A program made the position numbers and the translations under genes. Positions 28,649 to 38,438 of a stretch of 64,000 bases of DNA are shown here, one piece after another. This DNA is from Patescibacteria group bacterium. GTDB lineage: Bacteria; Patescibacteriota; Microgenomatia; UBA8517. Below the pieces are notes generated by a model. The model ran no database searches and was not told the DNA's origin. It was given only the letters and a program-made list of their open reading frames with translations. Position 1 is the first letter of the stretch, and the number at the start of each line of letters is the position of its first letter. The stretch is from assembly GCA_035291665.1 (NCBI GenBank), contig DATDRP010000006.1, positions 145,255 to 209,254 on the forward strand. Reading direction: 5' to 3'.

Positions 28649-29272
28649 TTAATTATACATATTTTTCAAAAACCCTTTCAGTTTCTTTTCTGTATTATAT
28701 TGTCTACCGATAGAGACAAATAGGCGGTTAATGTCGCTCCAGTATTTCTTCGGAAGAATTTTCATAAGTTCAAGCTCTGTTTTTTCCGGAGTTTTTGTCT
28801 TAACCCATCCCAAGAGATTGCTGATTTTGTGAACATGGGTGTCAACTGCGATTGCAGGAATTCCGAACGCCCGATTTAAAACCAAATTGGCGGTTTTTCT
28901 TCCAACTCCGGGAAGTTTCATCAGATCTTCTCTGGTTTGGGGGATTTCCGATTTGAAATCCCTGATAATTAATTCAGAGAGATCAGGAAGTTGGCGCGCT
29001 TTAGTTTTATAAAATCCCACTGGATATATTAGTTTTTGAATTTCCAATTGACCTAATTTACCTAATTTTTTAATGTCAGGCGCATTCGAAAATAATCTTT
29101 TTGAAGCGGTAAGTGTAACATCATCGTTGGTTCTGGAAGACAGTAGTGTTGAAATGAGAGTTTTGTATGGATTATTTCCGAAGGTTTCGAGAGGAACGAG
29201 CCGGTAGTTTCTTTTGAAGACTCTAAAAATTTTTTCGAAGTTATATGATTTCATCCTTCTTACAAAAGGCAA
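28649..29272 (-). CDS. nth: Endonuclease III-like HhH-GPD DNA glycosylase (no Fe-S cluster cysteines)
   Basis: HhH-GPD [40 protein letters not shown] with catalytic Lys/Asp. The C-terminus lacks the CxxxxxxCxxCxxxxxC cluster. Confidence 0.75.
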   Translation of the reverse strand: [207 protein letters not shown]

Positions 29273-29280
29273 AACCCGTA

Positions 29281-29312
29281 AATTACGGGTCTGCCCTTTT
29301 TATAAATATTCA
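29281..29312 (-). terminator. Rho-independent terminator (minus strand) after the small zinc-ribbon gene
   Basis: Reverse complement gggcagacccgtaatttacgggttttgcc followed by TTTT. Confidence 0.4.
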
Positions 29313-29329
29313 AAAATCTAAAGACTTTA

Positions 29330-29464
29330 TTAGCCTCCGATCTTGAACATGGTTGTGCCGCAAACTTCACACTTACCTTTCTTAGCTTTTTTACCATTTT
29401 TCATCGTTACGTCTTCAATATCTTTACCTTCTCTTTTTGCGCGGCACTTTACACAATACATCAT
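29330..29464 (-). CDS. 44-aa zinc-ribbon protein (CxxC...CxxC), DUF5679-like
   Basis: MMYCVKCRAKREGKDIEDVTMKNGKKAKKGKCEVCGTTMFKIGG. A strong GGAGGTGA SD lies 6-13 nt upstream of ATG. Below the 60-aa cutoff of the ORF track. Confidence 0.55.
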   Translation of the reverse strand: MMYCVKCRAKREGKDIEDVTMKNGKKAKKGKCEVCGTTMFKIGG

Positions 29465-29502
29465 TTCGCTCACCTCCTCTCGTAAGGGCAGATCAAAAAC
29501 TG

Positions 29503-29793
29503 TTAGTTACCCTTCCAGGCTAAGTATAGCATCATCTCAGCCACAAATATGGTTACTGCCAAGCCGAGACTTTTGAATAGGTCTTTTTTAATCGAAGCTA
29601 AGTTATACATTTTGCCCGTAAAGCTGGCTTTTTCAATTCTGACGGGAGAAACAATTTTTGATTTTTTATCTTCCTGAAATTGGCTCTTGACAGTTGAAGC
29701 TGATACGTATTTTTTCGTGCCTAAAAGCAGACTTTCCTGATATCTATTTTTTGCTTTAAACTTTTGTTTTCTGGTACGGCGTTTATGACTCAT
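29503..29793 (-). CDS. Hypothetical basic protein with C-terminal TM
   Basis: 96 aa. Lys/Arg-rich N-terminus and hydrophobic C-terminus (LGLAVTIFVAEMMLYLAW). No SD. Confidence 0.35.
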   Translation of the reverse strand: MSHKRRTRKQKFKAKNRYQESLLLGTKKYVSASTVKSQFQEDKKSKIVSPVRIEKASFTGKMYNLASIKKDLFKSLGLAVTIFVAEMMLYLAWKGN

Positions 29794-29935
29794 TTGTAAA
29801 TTATTAAGGTATTTGTTATATGAATAAATAACACAACTTATTTAATTCTGCAACAGTAAATGCCTGAATACATTATATAATTGGATAGCAAACATTAAGA
29901 AAGTAAAGTTAGCGATATATATTTAGTTATAGAAA

Positions 29936-30436
29936 ATGATAACAACAATACTTTTAATTTTGATCATAATTTGGCTGTCAGTTGTGAGCTTTTATTTGTT
30001 TGATGTTTATAAGTCATTACGGAAACTGACAAGGAATGTGAAGGAACGTGATCTTTTGAAAATTCTATCCAAAGTATTCGAAAAAGAGTCGGAAAATTCA
30101 AAGTTAATTATCCAGAATTCAGATAAAATTAAGAAACTTTTTTCTGATGAGAAATTCATGCTCCATAAATTAGGAGTAGTAAGATTCAATCCGTTCTCGG
30201 AAATGGGCGGGGATCACAGTTTTTCAGTTGCTCTTCTGGACGGCAATAACGATGGAATTCTTTTAACAGGCCTCCATACAAGAGAAAGAACGCGAGTCTA
30301 TATGAAAAAAATTAATAAAGGGATTAGTAAGGTAGAACTATCGAAAGAAGAAAGCGAGGCTCTTAAAAAAGCTAAAGTAAATGATACCCTCGCCCAAGCC
30401 AAGTCACACTTGGTTGTCGAGTCAGACTCGATCTGA
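29936..30436 (+). CDS. DUF4446-family protein
   Basis: N-terminal TM. Core VRFNPFSEMGGDHSFSVALLDGNNDGILLTGLHTRERTRVY matches the DUF4446 consensus recalled from Firmicutes homologs. Confidence 0.5.
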   Translation: MITTILLILIIIWLSVVSFYLFDVYKSLRKLTRNVKERDLLKILSKVFEKESENSKLIIQNSDKIKKLFSDEKFMLHKLGVVRFNPFSEMGGDHSFSVALLDGNNDGILLTGLHTRERTRVYMKKINKGISKVELSKEESEALKKAKVNDTLAQAKSHLVVESDSI

Positions 30437-30683
30437 TTCGGTGGTCTTCTTAAACGCTGTTATAAGTCGGGGTGACTGCACGATGCACGTGCATTGTACA
30501 GGCACCCTAACAATAAGATAATTTCATTTAAATTGTGAATAATCCTCTTTAGATTTCTCAAAGATACACCTGATGAGTGAAGGATTTAACCGGTAATACA
30601 TACTCGGACAATTTAATCTTTCAAGGTTTCCCCATTGAAAATTACCGCAACCATCAACTATTATTAAATAGTCGTTTTTTAAG

Positions 30684-31880
30684 GTGATTCTCATGGCAAA
30701 AATTTCAAAACAATACCTCATTACTTTGGTTATGAGTTTCTTGGGTCTGTATTTGATTTCAGCGGGGGTTTCTTATGCTGTATTTTCTTATATCGGTAAA
30801 GATACTACCCCGGTGGCTCAAAGTGATTTGCCGAAAGATGCTCGGGTTGATTTATCTCAGCCAAAAACTGAGGAATGCGTCATGAACGGTAAATATTACA
30901 CAAAAGATGAAAAAAATATTTGGGAAACCCGCCGGCCAATTGCTGCGATGATTGAAAATCATTTAGATGCCCGACCTCTTTCGGGAATTTCAAAAGCAGA
31001 TATTATTTATGAAGCCGTTGCAGAAGGCGGTATAACACGCATGTTAAATATTTTTTATTGCGGAGCGGCAGCGGAAGATGTTGAAATAGCGCCGGTCAGG
31101 TCGGCAAGAATTTATTTTGTTAATTGGGCGCAAGAGTACGAAGATCCGATATTCATGCACGTTGGCGGCGCAAATGATTATGCAGGTTACGGCGATACCG
31201 CAAAAGATGCAAGAGCACTTGAATATTTGACTACGATTGGATGGAGAGTGGCGGGGGGAAATGATTTTGATACAACATTTGATTCAGGATATCCCGTATT
31301 CTGGCGTAATTACGAAAGACTGGACCATGAGGTGGCAACGGAACACACAATGACGGCATCGTTAGACGAAGCATACAAACAAGCTGAAAAAAGAGGTTTC
31401 GGTCCCGTCAATGAAGATGGAGAGAAATGGAGTGATAATTTTGTTGCCTGGAGATTTGTGGATGATAAAGTGGTTGAAACTCCGGAGTATGAAACCATTA
31501 GTTTTGACTTTTGGGATAATAAACCGGATTATTCCGTATCGTGGAAATATGATAAAAGCAAAAATGCTTATTTACGAAGTAATGGCGGAAAAGAATTTAT
31601 TGATTTGACTACCGGCAGCCAGCTAGAAGCGAAAAATGTAGTTATTCAGTTTGTGAAAGAAAGAGGTCCGGTTGACAGGAATATACATATGTTATATACA
31701 ACTACCGGTGAAGGCAAGGCTACATTTTTTAACCAAGGAACAGTAACCGAAGGGACTTGGGAGAAAATTACTGCCGACTCCAGAACGCGTTTTTATGATG
31801 ATAAAGGTAAGGAAGTTTCATTTGTCAGGGGATTAATTTGGATTGAAGCAATTCCCACTGGAAACGTCATCAATTATTGA
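30684..31880 (+). CDS. DUF3048-domain protein (YerB-like), membrane-anchored
   Basis: RRPIAAMIENHLDARPLSGISKADIIYEAVAEGGITRMLNIFY matches the DUF3048 N-terminal signature. N-terminal TM anchor. Confidence 0.7.
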   Translation: MILMAKISKQYLITLVMSFLGLYLISAGVSYAVFSYIGKDTTPVAQSDLPKDARVDLSQPKTEECVMNGKYYTKDEKNIWETRRPIAAMIENHLDARPLSGISKADIIYEAVAEGGITRMLNIFYCGAAAEDVEIAPVRSARIYFVNWAQEYEDPIFMHVGGANDYAGYGDTAKDARALEYLTTIGWRVAGGNDFDTTFDSGYPVFWRNYERLDHEVATEHTMTASLDEAYKQAEKRGFGPVNEDGEKWSDNFVAWRFVDDKVVETPEYETISFDFWDNKPDYSVSWKYDKSKNAYLRSNGGKEFIDLTTGSQLEAKNVVIQFVKERGPVDRNIHMLYTTTGEGKATFFNQGTVTEGTWEKITADSRTRFYDDKGKEVSFVRGLIWIEAIPTGNVINY

Positions 31881-31930
31881 GTACAATAATTGTACTAGTT
31901 TTCTGCCCCAATTAAATTTAAAGATAAAGT

Positions 31931-32512
31931 ATGGTCAGCCTTGCAGATATTATTACCTCAAAAGTCAGAGTAAAAATTTTGGATCTTTATTTTTCCAATG
32001 TTAAAGAAATGTATCATGTCCGGGGAATTGTACGCGAAATAAAAGAAGAAATTAATGCCGTCAGGCGCGAGCTTGCAAGATTGGAAAAGTGTGATCTTTT
32101 GAAAAGAGAAGCACGGGGTAATAGAGTCTATTATTTTTTGAATAAAGATTATCCTTTTTACGGGGACCTCGTTTCAATGGTCTCAAAAACAACCGGCTTG
32201 GGAGCAGAGATTATCCAGTTAAAAAACAAGATTGGCAAACTCTCAATAGTTATGTTTTCCGGTAAATTTGCAAGAAGGATTGAAAGAAAAAGAGAAGACT
32301 CTGTTGATATTTTACTGGTCGGAGATGTTACGCTCCCCGATCTGGCTTCCGTAATTCGAAAAGAAGAGACAAAACGCGGATCGGAAATTAATTACACCGT
32401 TATGACACGTCAGGAACTCGATTTCAGAAAACGGCGAAGAGATCCCTTCTTACAGGAGATTATGTTGGAGGAAAGAATTATGATTATTGGGGATGAGAGT
32501 GACTTATTGTAG
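31931..32512 (+). CDS. Putative winged-helix DNA-binding regulator
   Basis: N-terminal wHTH-like region (VRVKILDLY...HVRGIVREIKEEINAVRRELARLEKCDLLKREARGNRVYY) plus a ~100-aa C-terminal domain. Confidence 0.4.
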   Translation: MVSLADIITSKVRVKILDLYFSNVKEMYHVRGIVREIKEEINAVRRELARLEKCDLLKREARGNRVYYFLNKDYPFYGDLVSMVSKTTGLGAEIIQLKNKIGKLSIVMFSGKFARRIERKREDSVDILLVGDVTLPDLASVIRKEETKRGSEINYTVMTRQELDFRKRRRDPFLQEIMLEERIMIIGDESDLL

Positions 32513-32566
32513 GTATACTAATTGCTCCTATGAATTTTTCCAAAGTCTGTTCTAAAATATTAAAAT

Positions 32567-33901
32567 ATGTTTAAAACTCCTCTTCCTAAAGTGTTGCTGA
32601 TAATATTTCTGACCGTTTTTTCAATATATATTAATCTTCCCGGAAGCTTCACGCTTGATTTAACCCGTTACAAAATAAATTTCAATAAAACGCTTTCGAA
32701 ACCTGATCTAAAAATTGGAAGATTCAATTTGGGGAAAAAGAACGAGCTTATTTTGGGACTCGATCTTCAAGGGGGAAGCCGCTTGGTATTTGAAGCCGAT
32801 ACGGTAAATATAGACAGTTCTGTTTCCGGTGATGCATTGACCGGAACGAAAGATATTATAGAGAAACGGGTAAACCTTTTCGGGGTATCCGAACCCAATG
32901 TTCAGCTTTCCGAATTCGAAGGTAAAAAAAGGATTGTTGTTGAGCTTCCTGGGATAAAAGACATTAAGGAAGCAATAAAAATAATCGGGACTACTGCCCA
33001 GCTTAATTTTGCCGAAGTGAGCGAAGAAGAAGATAAAGGTTTGATTCCGACTGATCTAACCGGAGCGGATCTTGTAAAATCCCAAGTACAATTCGATCAA
33101 AAAACTTCAAAACCGGTTGTCGCCATAGAATTTAATGAAGCGGGCGGCAGTAAGTTTGAAAAATTGACGGAAAAAAATATCGGAAAGCCATTAGTAATCC
33201 TTCTGGATAATAATATTATTTCATATCCCACGGTGCAGGATAAAATTTCGGGCGGATCGGCAGTTATTACCGGAGATTTTACTTTGGACGAGGCAAAAAA
33301 TCTTGCAATTCAGCTTAATGCAGGAGCATTGCCCGTTCCGATCACTTTGGTTGAGCAAAGGACTGTCGGAGCGGCATTAGGTACCGAATCAGTACAAAAA
33401 TCTGTGAATGCGGGAGTAGTCGGCTTAGTTATGGTTATGCTCTTTATGATTCTTTCATATGGACGGATGGGTTTTGTTGCCGATTTAGCGCTCCTCATAT
33501 TCGGAACCATTACACTATCCTTGTATAAATTGATTCCCGTAGTTTTAACTCTTCCGGGAATTGCCGGATTTTTACTTTCGGTTGGTATGGCAGTTGATTC
33601 AAATATTTTGATATTTGAAAGGTTTAAAGAGGAAATAATTAAACGACCTTTTACAGATGCTCTTGAAATATCATTTGGGAAAGCATGGGATTCCATACGT
33701 GACGCCAACATTGCAACCCTGTCAACAGCTTTTATTTTGGCAAATCCTTTTGAATGGAATTTTCTACACACTTCCGGTCCGGTACGCGGTTTTGCTATCA
33801 CACTTGCTTTGGGGATTCTGATCAGTTTATTTACAGGCATTGTCGTTACGAGAAATTTACTAAGGGTTCTGATTCGAAAGAGTGGAAGAGTAAAAGAGTA
33901 G
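32567..33901 (+). CDS. secD: Protein translocase subunit SecD
   Basis: LGLDLQGGSRLVFEAD periplasmic signature and C-terminal 6-TM SecD_SecF domain. Confidence 0.9.
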   Translation: MFKTPLPKVLLIIFLTVFSIYINLPGSFTLDLTRYKINFNKTLSKPDLKIGRFNLGKKNELILGLDLQGGSRLVFEADTVNIDSSVSGDALTGTKDIIEKRVNLFGVSEPNVQLSEFEGKKRIVVELPGIKDIKEAIKIIGTTAQLNFAEVSEEEDKGLIPTDLTGADLVKSQVQFDQKTSKPVVAIEFNEAGGSKFEKLTEKNIGKPLVILLDNNIISYPTVQDKISGGSAVITGDFTLDEAKNLAIQLNAGALPVPITLVEQRTVGAALGTESVQKSVNAGVVGLVMVMLFMILSYGRMGFVADLALLIFGTITLSLYKLIPVVLTLPGIAGFLLSVGMAVDSNILIFERFKEEIIKRPFTDALEISFGKAWDSIRDANIATLSTAFILANPFEWNFLHTSGPVRGFAITLALGILISLFTGIVVTRNLLRVLIRKSGRVKE

Positions 33902-33963
33902 AAGAGCTTGAGTATTTTTTTTACTTATACACTTGAACTCTCCTGCTCTTATACACTAATCAT

Positions 33964-34845
33964 ATGAATTGGCTTAAATATAAAAATATCAATTTAACTC
34001 TGTCAGGATTTTTGATTATTATCAGTATAATTTCACTTTTGAAGTGGGGTTTGAAAATAGGTGTTGATTTTACCGGTGGCTCTGTTATCGAATACAAAAT
34101 TGAAGAAAATTTTTCTCATGAGGAGGTTGTTACCCATGCCAAAGACAAAGGTTTCGATATCGTGTCTGTACAAAATGCCGGAAATAAAGTTTATCTTTTC
34201 AAACTGCCGCCGATTTCTGAAGACCAAAAATCTCAACTGACAGGTATTTTAAATGATGATCTAAAACTCAAGGCAACCGAACAAAAATTTGAGTCTGTCG
34301 GACCGGCAATAGGGGTCGAACTGATTAAAAAAACAGTTTATGCAATGATTATTGCGACGGTTATTATTTTATTCTGGATTGCTTATCAATTTAAAAATTT
34401 ACGTTTTGGTTTATCGGCAACAATTGCGACGATACACGACAGTACGATCTTGTTGGGTTCGTTTTCAATACTGGGGAAGTTTTTCGGGGCGGAAGTGGAT
34501 TTTCTTTTCGTTACAGCAATGTTGACAATCCTTTCATTTTCCGTTCACGACACAATTGTTGTTTTCGACCGAATCAGAGAACTTAAGAAAAGATCTTCTG
34601 GGGACGAAACAGATATTATAAATACTGCACTAAGCCAGACTATGGTTCGGTCGCTTAATAACTCCTTTACGATTTTATTCATGCTTTTTGCGTTGGTTCT
34701 TCTTGGAGGCATATCGGTCCGGTGGTTTGCGATTGCACTTTTTATCGGCACAATTCTGGGAACATATTCATCACCCTTCATAGCAGTTCCTTTTTATGTT
34801 GTTCTGGGAAATTTGGGGAGAAAAATTAAAAACCGAAAACCCTGA
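33964..34845 (+). CDS. secF: Protein translocase subunit SecF
   Basis: GVDFTGGSVIEY...: SecF N-terminal signature and 6 TM. Confidence 0.9.
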   Translation: MNWLKYKNINLTLSGFLIIISIISLLKWGLKIGVDFTGGSVIEYKIEENFSHEEVVTHAKDKGFDIVSVQNAGNKVYLFKLPPISEDQKSQLTGILNDDLKLKATEQKFESVGPAIGVELIKKTVYAMIIATVIILFWIAYQFKNLRFGLSATIATIHDSTILLGSFSILGKFFGAEVDFLFVTAMLTILSFSVHDTIVVFDRIRELKKRSSGDETDIINTALSQTMVRSLNNSFTILFMLFALVLLGGISVRWFAIALFIGTILGTYSSPFIAVPFYVVLGNLGRKIKNRKP

Positions 34846-34851
34846 TTGTTA

Positions 34852-35148
34852 TCAGGTATAAAGTATCTCAAAAAATTCAATAAAGAAGAAAAATATATCC
34901 ATTACCAGGAAAAAAATTAAGTAAATAAGAATATAGTGGAGCCGTTTTTTAAAGGGATAAAGTGTCTTCAATACTGCAAAAGGTAAAATTGTTAATAAAA
35001 TATAAAACCCGATTCGTATGGTAAGCGGTATATATTTTGTGAACTGTCCGCCGGAAGCACTAAGATCGTAAGGTACAAGAAGTTTATTTATAAGACCTTG
35101 TATGATCAGATCAAAGTCCCTGAAAATGTGGGCAGTAAATTCAATCAT
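34852..35148 (-). CDS. Hypothetical small membrane protein
   Basis: 98 aa, 2-3 hydrophobic helices. Convergent with secF. Confidence 0.3.
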   Translation of the reverse strand: MIEFTAHIFRDFDLIIQGLINKLLVPYDLSASGGQFTKYIPLTIRIGFYILLTILPFAVLKTLYPFKKRLHYILIYLIFFLVMDIFFFFIEFFEILYT

Positions 35149-35216
35149 TAATATAATTATACCAAGCGGAAGAAAGTCCGGTCATTAAAAATATCTGAAG
35201 TCGGATTTTTTTAGAT

Positions 35217-36644
35217 TTACTTCAGTTTTAAAAGAGCTTCGATGAGCTCATCCGGGTTATTTTTGATTTCTTTAGCAACAACCAAGTCAAATAGCTTTTT
35301 TAAAGCTTCACCGACTTTGGGTCCGGGTTTGAGATTGAGTTTTTTCATAACGGTAACTCCGTTAATCTTCAGATCAGTAACTTTGAATGGCTGCTTTTGA
35401 ACAAGTTTTATCTTCCGTTTGAAATCCTCCAATCTCCAGGAGGTTTCACTAGCACCACCACCGAGTCTGTCAGCAGTTCTTAACGCGAGCATATCGGAGA
35501 CGTTTTCCAGACCAACGTTAGTAATAAACCTTCTCACCGCAGTATCTGTTTGATTTTCGTTGACGCTAAATTGGTGCCAGCGGACAAGTTTTTCCAGTTT
35601 TTCGGACTGTTTTTTTGAAAGCTTAATCCTTTTTGCCAACTTCTTGGCAATATATGTACTTACAACTTCATGATTGTAGAAAGTTATTATCCCGCTGTTC
35701 AATTTTTTATAGGTTGATACTTTTCCCAAATCATGAATTAGTATTGCCAGTTTTGTCACGGGGTCTTCGGTTGGTGCAAATTTCAATGACATAAGAGAGT
35801 GTGTCCCGACGTCGTACACATGGTGTCTCCGGGGAGATTTTTGCTGGATATCGAATGCTTTTTCAAATTCGGGAATAATCTGTTCCATAAGTTTGGTTTT
35901 TTGAAGTAACATTACTCCTTCGTGTGCGTACGGAGACTTCATAATTTTCAGAAGTTCATCTCTCACCCTCTCAGCTGTGATTTTTCGGATCGAGTCAGAA
36001 AGTTCCTTAATCGCAAATAAGGTGTGCTCTTCAATTTGGAAACGGATTTCAGTTGCAATTCTAACCGCACGCATCATCCGAAGGGAATCTTCAGTAAAAC
36101 GTTCGACCGGATTTCCTACTGCCCTAATGAGTTTATTTTCGAGATCTTTTTGACCATCGTAAAGATCAATTAGAGTAAAAGTGCGGGAGAGTGCAAGAGC
36201 CTGAGCAGTTTTTTTCTTATACTCTTTTACTCTTTTACTCTCCTGCTCTATTTTCAACGCCATTGCGTTAATGGTGAAGTCGCGTCTTTTGAGGTCGTCA
36301 GTAAGTGTTTTTCCCCACAAGACTTTGTCTGGTCTTCGCGAATCGCTATAACCGTGTTCAGTTCTGAAAGTCGTAATTTCGTAAGGTCTTTCTCCTTCAA
36401 TTTCGTTTGGGATGCCGACGGTTCCGAATTTGTTATCGTAATAAGCATTTTCAAAAAGAGTAAGGATTTGTTCGGGTACAGCATTAGTTGTGAAATCCCA
36501 ATCATAGACAATTTTTCCCATTAAAATGTCCCTTATAGCCCCGCCTACAATATAAATTTCAAAATCTTTTTTTTCAAAAGCGGATATAATTTTTGCTACC
36601 TGACCGGGAACATCAACTTTCATATTATTTGTAGTAAGCATCAA
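35217..36644 (-). CDS. cca: CCA-adding tRNA nucleotidyltransferase with HD domain
   Basis: PolyA_pol head domain (IVGGAIRDILMGKIVYDWDFTT; DxD), tRNA-NT body, HD motif (ILIHDLGK). C-terminal extension. Confidence 0.85.
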   Translation of the reverse strand: MMLTTNNMKVDVPGQVAKIISAFEKKDFEIYIVGGAIRDILMGKIVYDWDFTTNAVPEQILTLFENAYYDNKFGTVGIPNEIEGERPYEITTFRTEHGYSDSRRPDKVLWGKTLTDDLKRRDFTINAMALKIEQESKRVKEYKKKTAQALALSRTFTLIDLYDGQKDLENKLIRAVGNPVERFTEDSLRMMRAVRIATEIRFQIEEHTLFAIKELSDSIRKITAERVRDELLKIMKSPYAHEGVMLLQKTKLMEQIIPEFEKAFDIQQKSPRRHHVYDVGTHSLMSLKFAPTEDPVTKLAILIHDLGKVSTYKKLNSGIITFYNHEVVSTYIAKKLAKRIKLSKKQSEKLEKLVRWHQFSVNENQTDTAVRRFITNVGLENVSDMLALRTADRLGGGASETSWRLEDFKRKIKLVQKQPFKVTDLKINGVTVMKKLNLKPGPKVGEALKKLFDLVVAKEIKNNPDELIEALLKLK

Positions 36645-36737
36645 TAGGTAATTAGTTAATTTCGGAAAAATACTCTTCCGAGTATATCAGATATATTATA
36701 CTTCAAGATTTTGTGAATTTGATTATACTGGTAACAT

Positions 36738-38438
36738 GTGTTGAAATCTGGTATGAAGATCAATATTAAAAAGGAGTTGGTTTGGAAAATTCAATCGGAT
36801 TTAACCGAAGGAGTAAATAGTAACGAAGAAATTATAAATAAGCTTCTGGAGGGAAAAGGATACGGCACAACGTCAAAACGGAATAATTTTTTAAATCCAC
36901 CCCATCCGAAACAGATTAAGCTATCAAAACTTGGGATAAAAGCTCAAGAGATGCAAAAAGCAGTAAAAAGACTTACAACAGCTTTGGAAAAAAAAGAGCG
37001 GATTACTGTATTTGGTGATTATGACGCGGATGGAATCTGCTCAACAGCAATAGTCTGGGAAGCACTAGATGATCTTGGTTTTCTTGCTATGCCTCACATT
37101 CCCAAAAGAGAAGACGGTTACGGTATCAAAAAGGACAGCCTGGACCAGATTATGAAAAAATATCCGGATACAAAAATAATTATTACCGTCGATAATGGGA
37201 TCGTTGCTCACGATGCCGTTTCCTATGCAAATAAATTGGGGATTAACGTAATTGTGTTGGATCACCATGAAGTGTCCGAGAAGTATCCGGATGCATATGC
37301 TCTGATTTATACTAAAAAACTTTGCGGGGCAGCAATATCTTATTTTTTCGCAAGAGAACTCAAAAATAAAATTAAAGGGAAAAAATCAGAATTCCCATAC
37401 CACGATCCTATTGATTTGGCTGCGATTGGAACCGTCGCGGATCAAATGCAGTTAGTTGATGTAAACCGCGCCATTGTAAAATCGGGGCTTTCTGTACTTC
37501 GAAAAACAAATAGGATCGGGCTAACTGAGATGTTCAAAGAAGCCTCTATCGACAAGAGCAAAATCGGTACGTATGAAATAAATTATGTTATAGCTCCAAG
37601 GATTAATGCAATGGGAAGGCTCGATGAGGCAATGGAGTCTTTAAGATTAATTTGTGCACGAAGTTTCGGAAAAGCAAGAAGTCTTTCGGGAATTTTGGGA
37701 GAAACAAACAGGAAACGTCAGTCGGTTGTTGAAAAATCTACAATCATGGCATTTGAGAAACTGGAAAACTATGATTTTTCATCCAGAGTTATAATACTTG
37801 GTGATGAAAGCTTTCATGAAGGAGTCATCGGTCTTATCGCTTCAAAACTGACGGAAAAGTACTATCTGCCATCTATTGTTTTTTCGATAGGAAAAGAAAT
37901 TTCAAAAGCTTCAGCCAGGTCGATAAAAGGTTTCAATATTAATGCAAACATACGCAAATTGTCGAATCTGACTGAAGGAGGCGGCGGGCATGAGATGGCT
38001 GCCGGTTTCAGTATTAAAAATAATAATCTGAAAATATTTGAGAAAGAGTTTAAGAAATTAGCTAAAGTTAAAATAAAACAAAAGATGCTTGAAAAGAGGT
38101 TGCTGGTGAATGCAAGATTAAACTTTAATCAAATAAATTTGGGTTTGGCACAAAAACTACTCGACTTCGAACCGTACGGTATAGGAAATTCCAAACCGGT
38201 ATTTGTTTCCCAAAACGTGACGATACAAAATTCCAAAAAAGTTGGAAGTGCTGCAAATCATATGAAACTTACCCTAAACCAAACTGAGAAATATCTGGAT
38301 GCGATTTATTTTAATTTCGGAAGCGATGGATTTCTGGGAGGAACTAAAGTCAAAGCTGCGTATCAAATTGATATTAACACTTGGGATAACAGAATTAATT
38401 TACAGCTTTTAATTAAGGACATAAAACCAGAAATATAA
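36738..38438 (+). CDS. recJ: Single-stranded-DNA-specific exonuclease RecJ
   Basis: DHH motifs (ITVFGDYDADGICST; VDNGI; LDHH) and DHHA1 GGGH. Confidence 0.85.
   Translation: MLKSGMKINIKKELVWKIQSDLTEGVNSNEEIINKLLEGKGYGTTSKRNNFLNPPHPKQIKLSKLGIKAQEMQKAVKRLTTALEKKERITVFGDYDADGICSTAIVWEALDDLGFLAMPHIPKREDGYGIKKDSLDQIMKKYPDTKIIITVDNGIVAHDAVSYANKLGINVIVLDHHEVSEKYPDAYALIYTKKLCGAAISYFFARELKNKIKGKKSEFPYHDPIDLAAIGTVADQMQLVDVNRAIVKSGLSVLRKTNRIGLTEMFKEASIDKSKIGTYEINYVIAPRINAMGRLDEAMESLRLICARSFGKARSLSGILGETNRKRQSVVEKSTIMAFEKLENYDFSSRVIILGDESFHEGVIGLIASKLTEKYYLPSIVFSIGKEISKASARSIKGFNINANIRKLSNLTEGGGGHEMAAGFSIKNNNLKIFEKEFKKLAKVKIKQKMLEKRLLVNARLNFNQINLGLAQKLLDFEPYGIGNSKPVFVSQNVTIQNSKKVGSAANHMKLTLNQTEKYLDAIYFNFGSDGFLGGTKVKAAYQIDINTWDNRINLQLLIKDIKPEI

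Noticed and set aside
29343-29576. 77-aa + strand ORF
   Set aside because: Antisense to the well-supported zinc-ribbon gene, which has a strong SD and terminator. Low-complexity translation.
30437-30683. Possible small RNA or hammerhead-like CUGAUGAG motif in the 247-nt intergenic gap (includes palindrome tgcacgatgcacgtgca)
   Set aside because: CUGAUGA is not followed by the required stem II/GAAA core. No tRNA-like acceptor/T-arm found. Insufficient evidence, so left unannotated (ORF 30524-30721 there is also unsupported).
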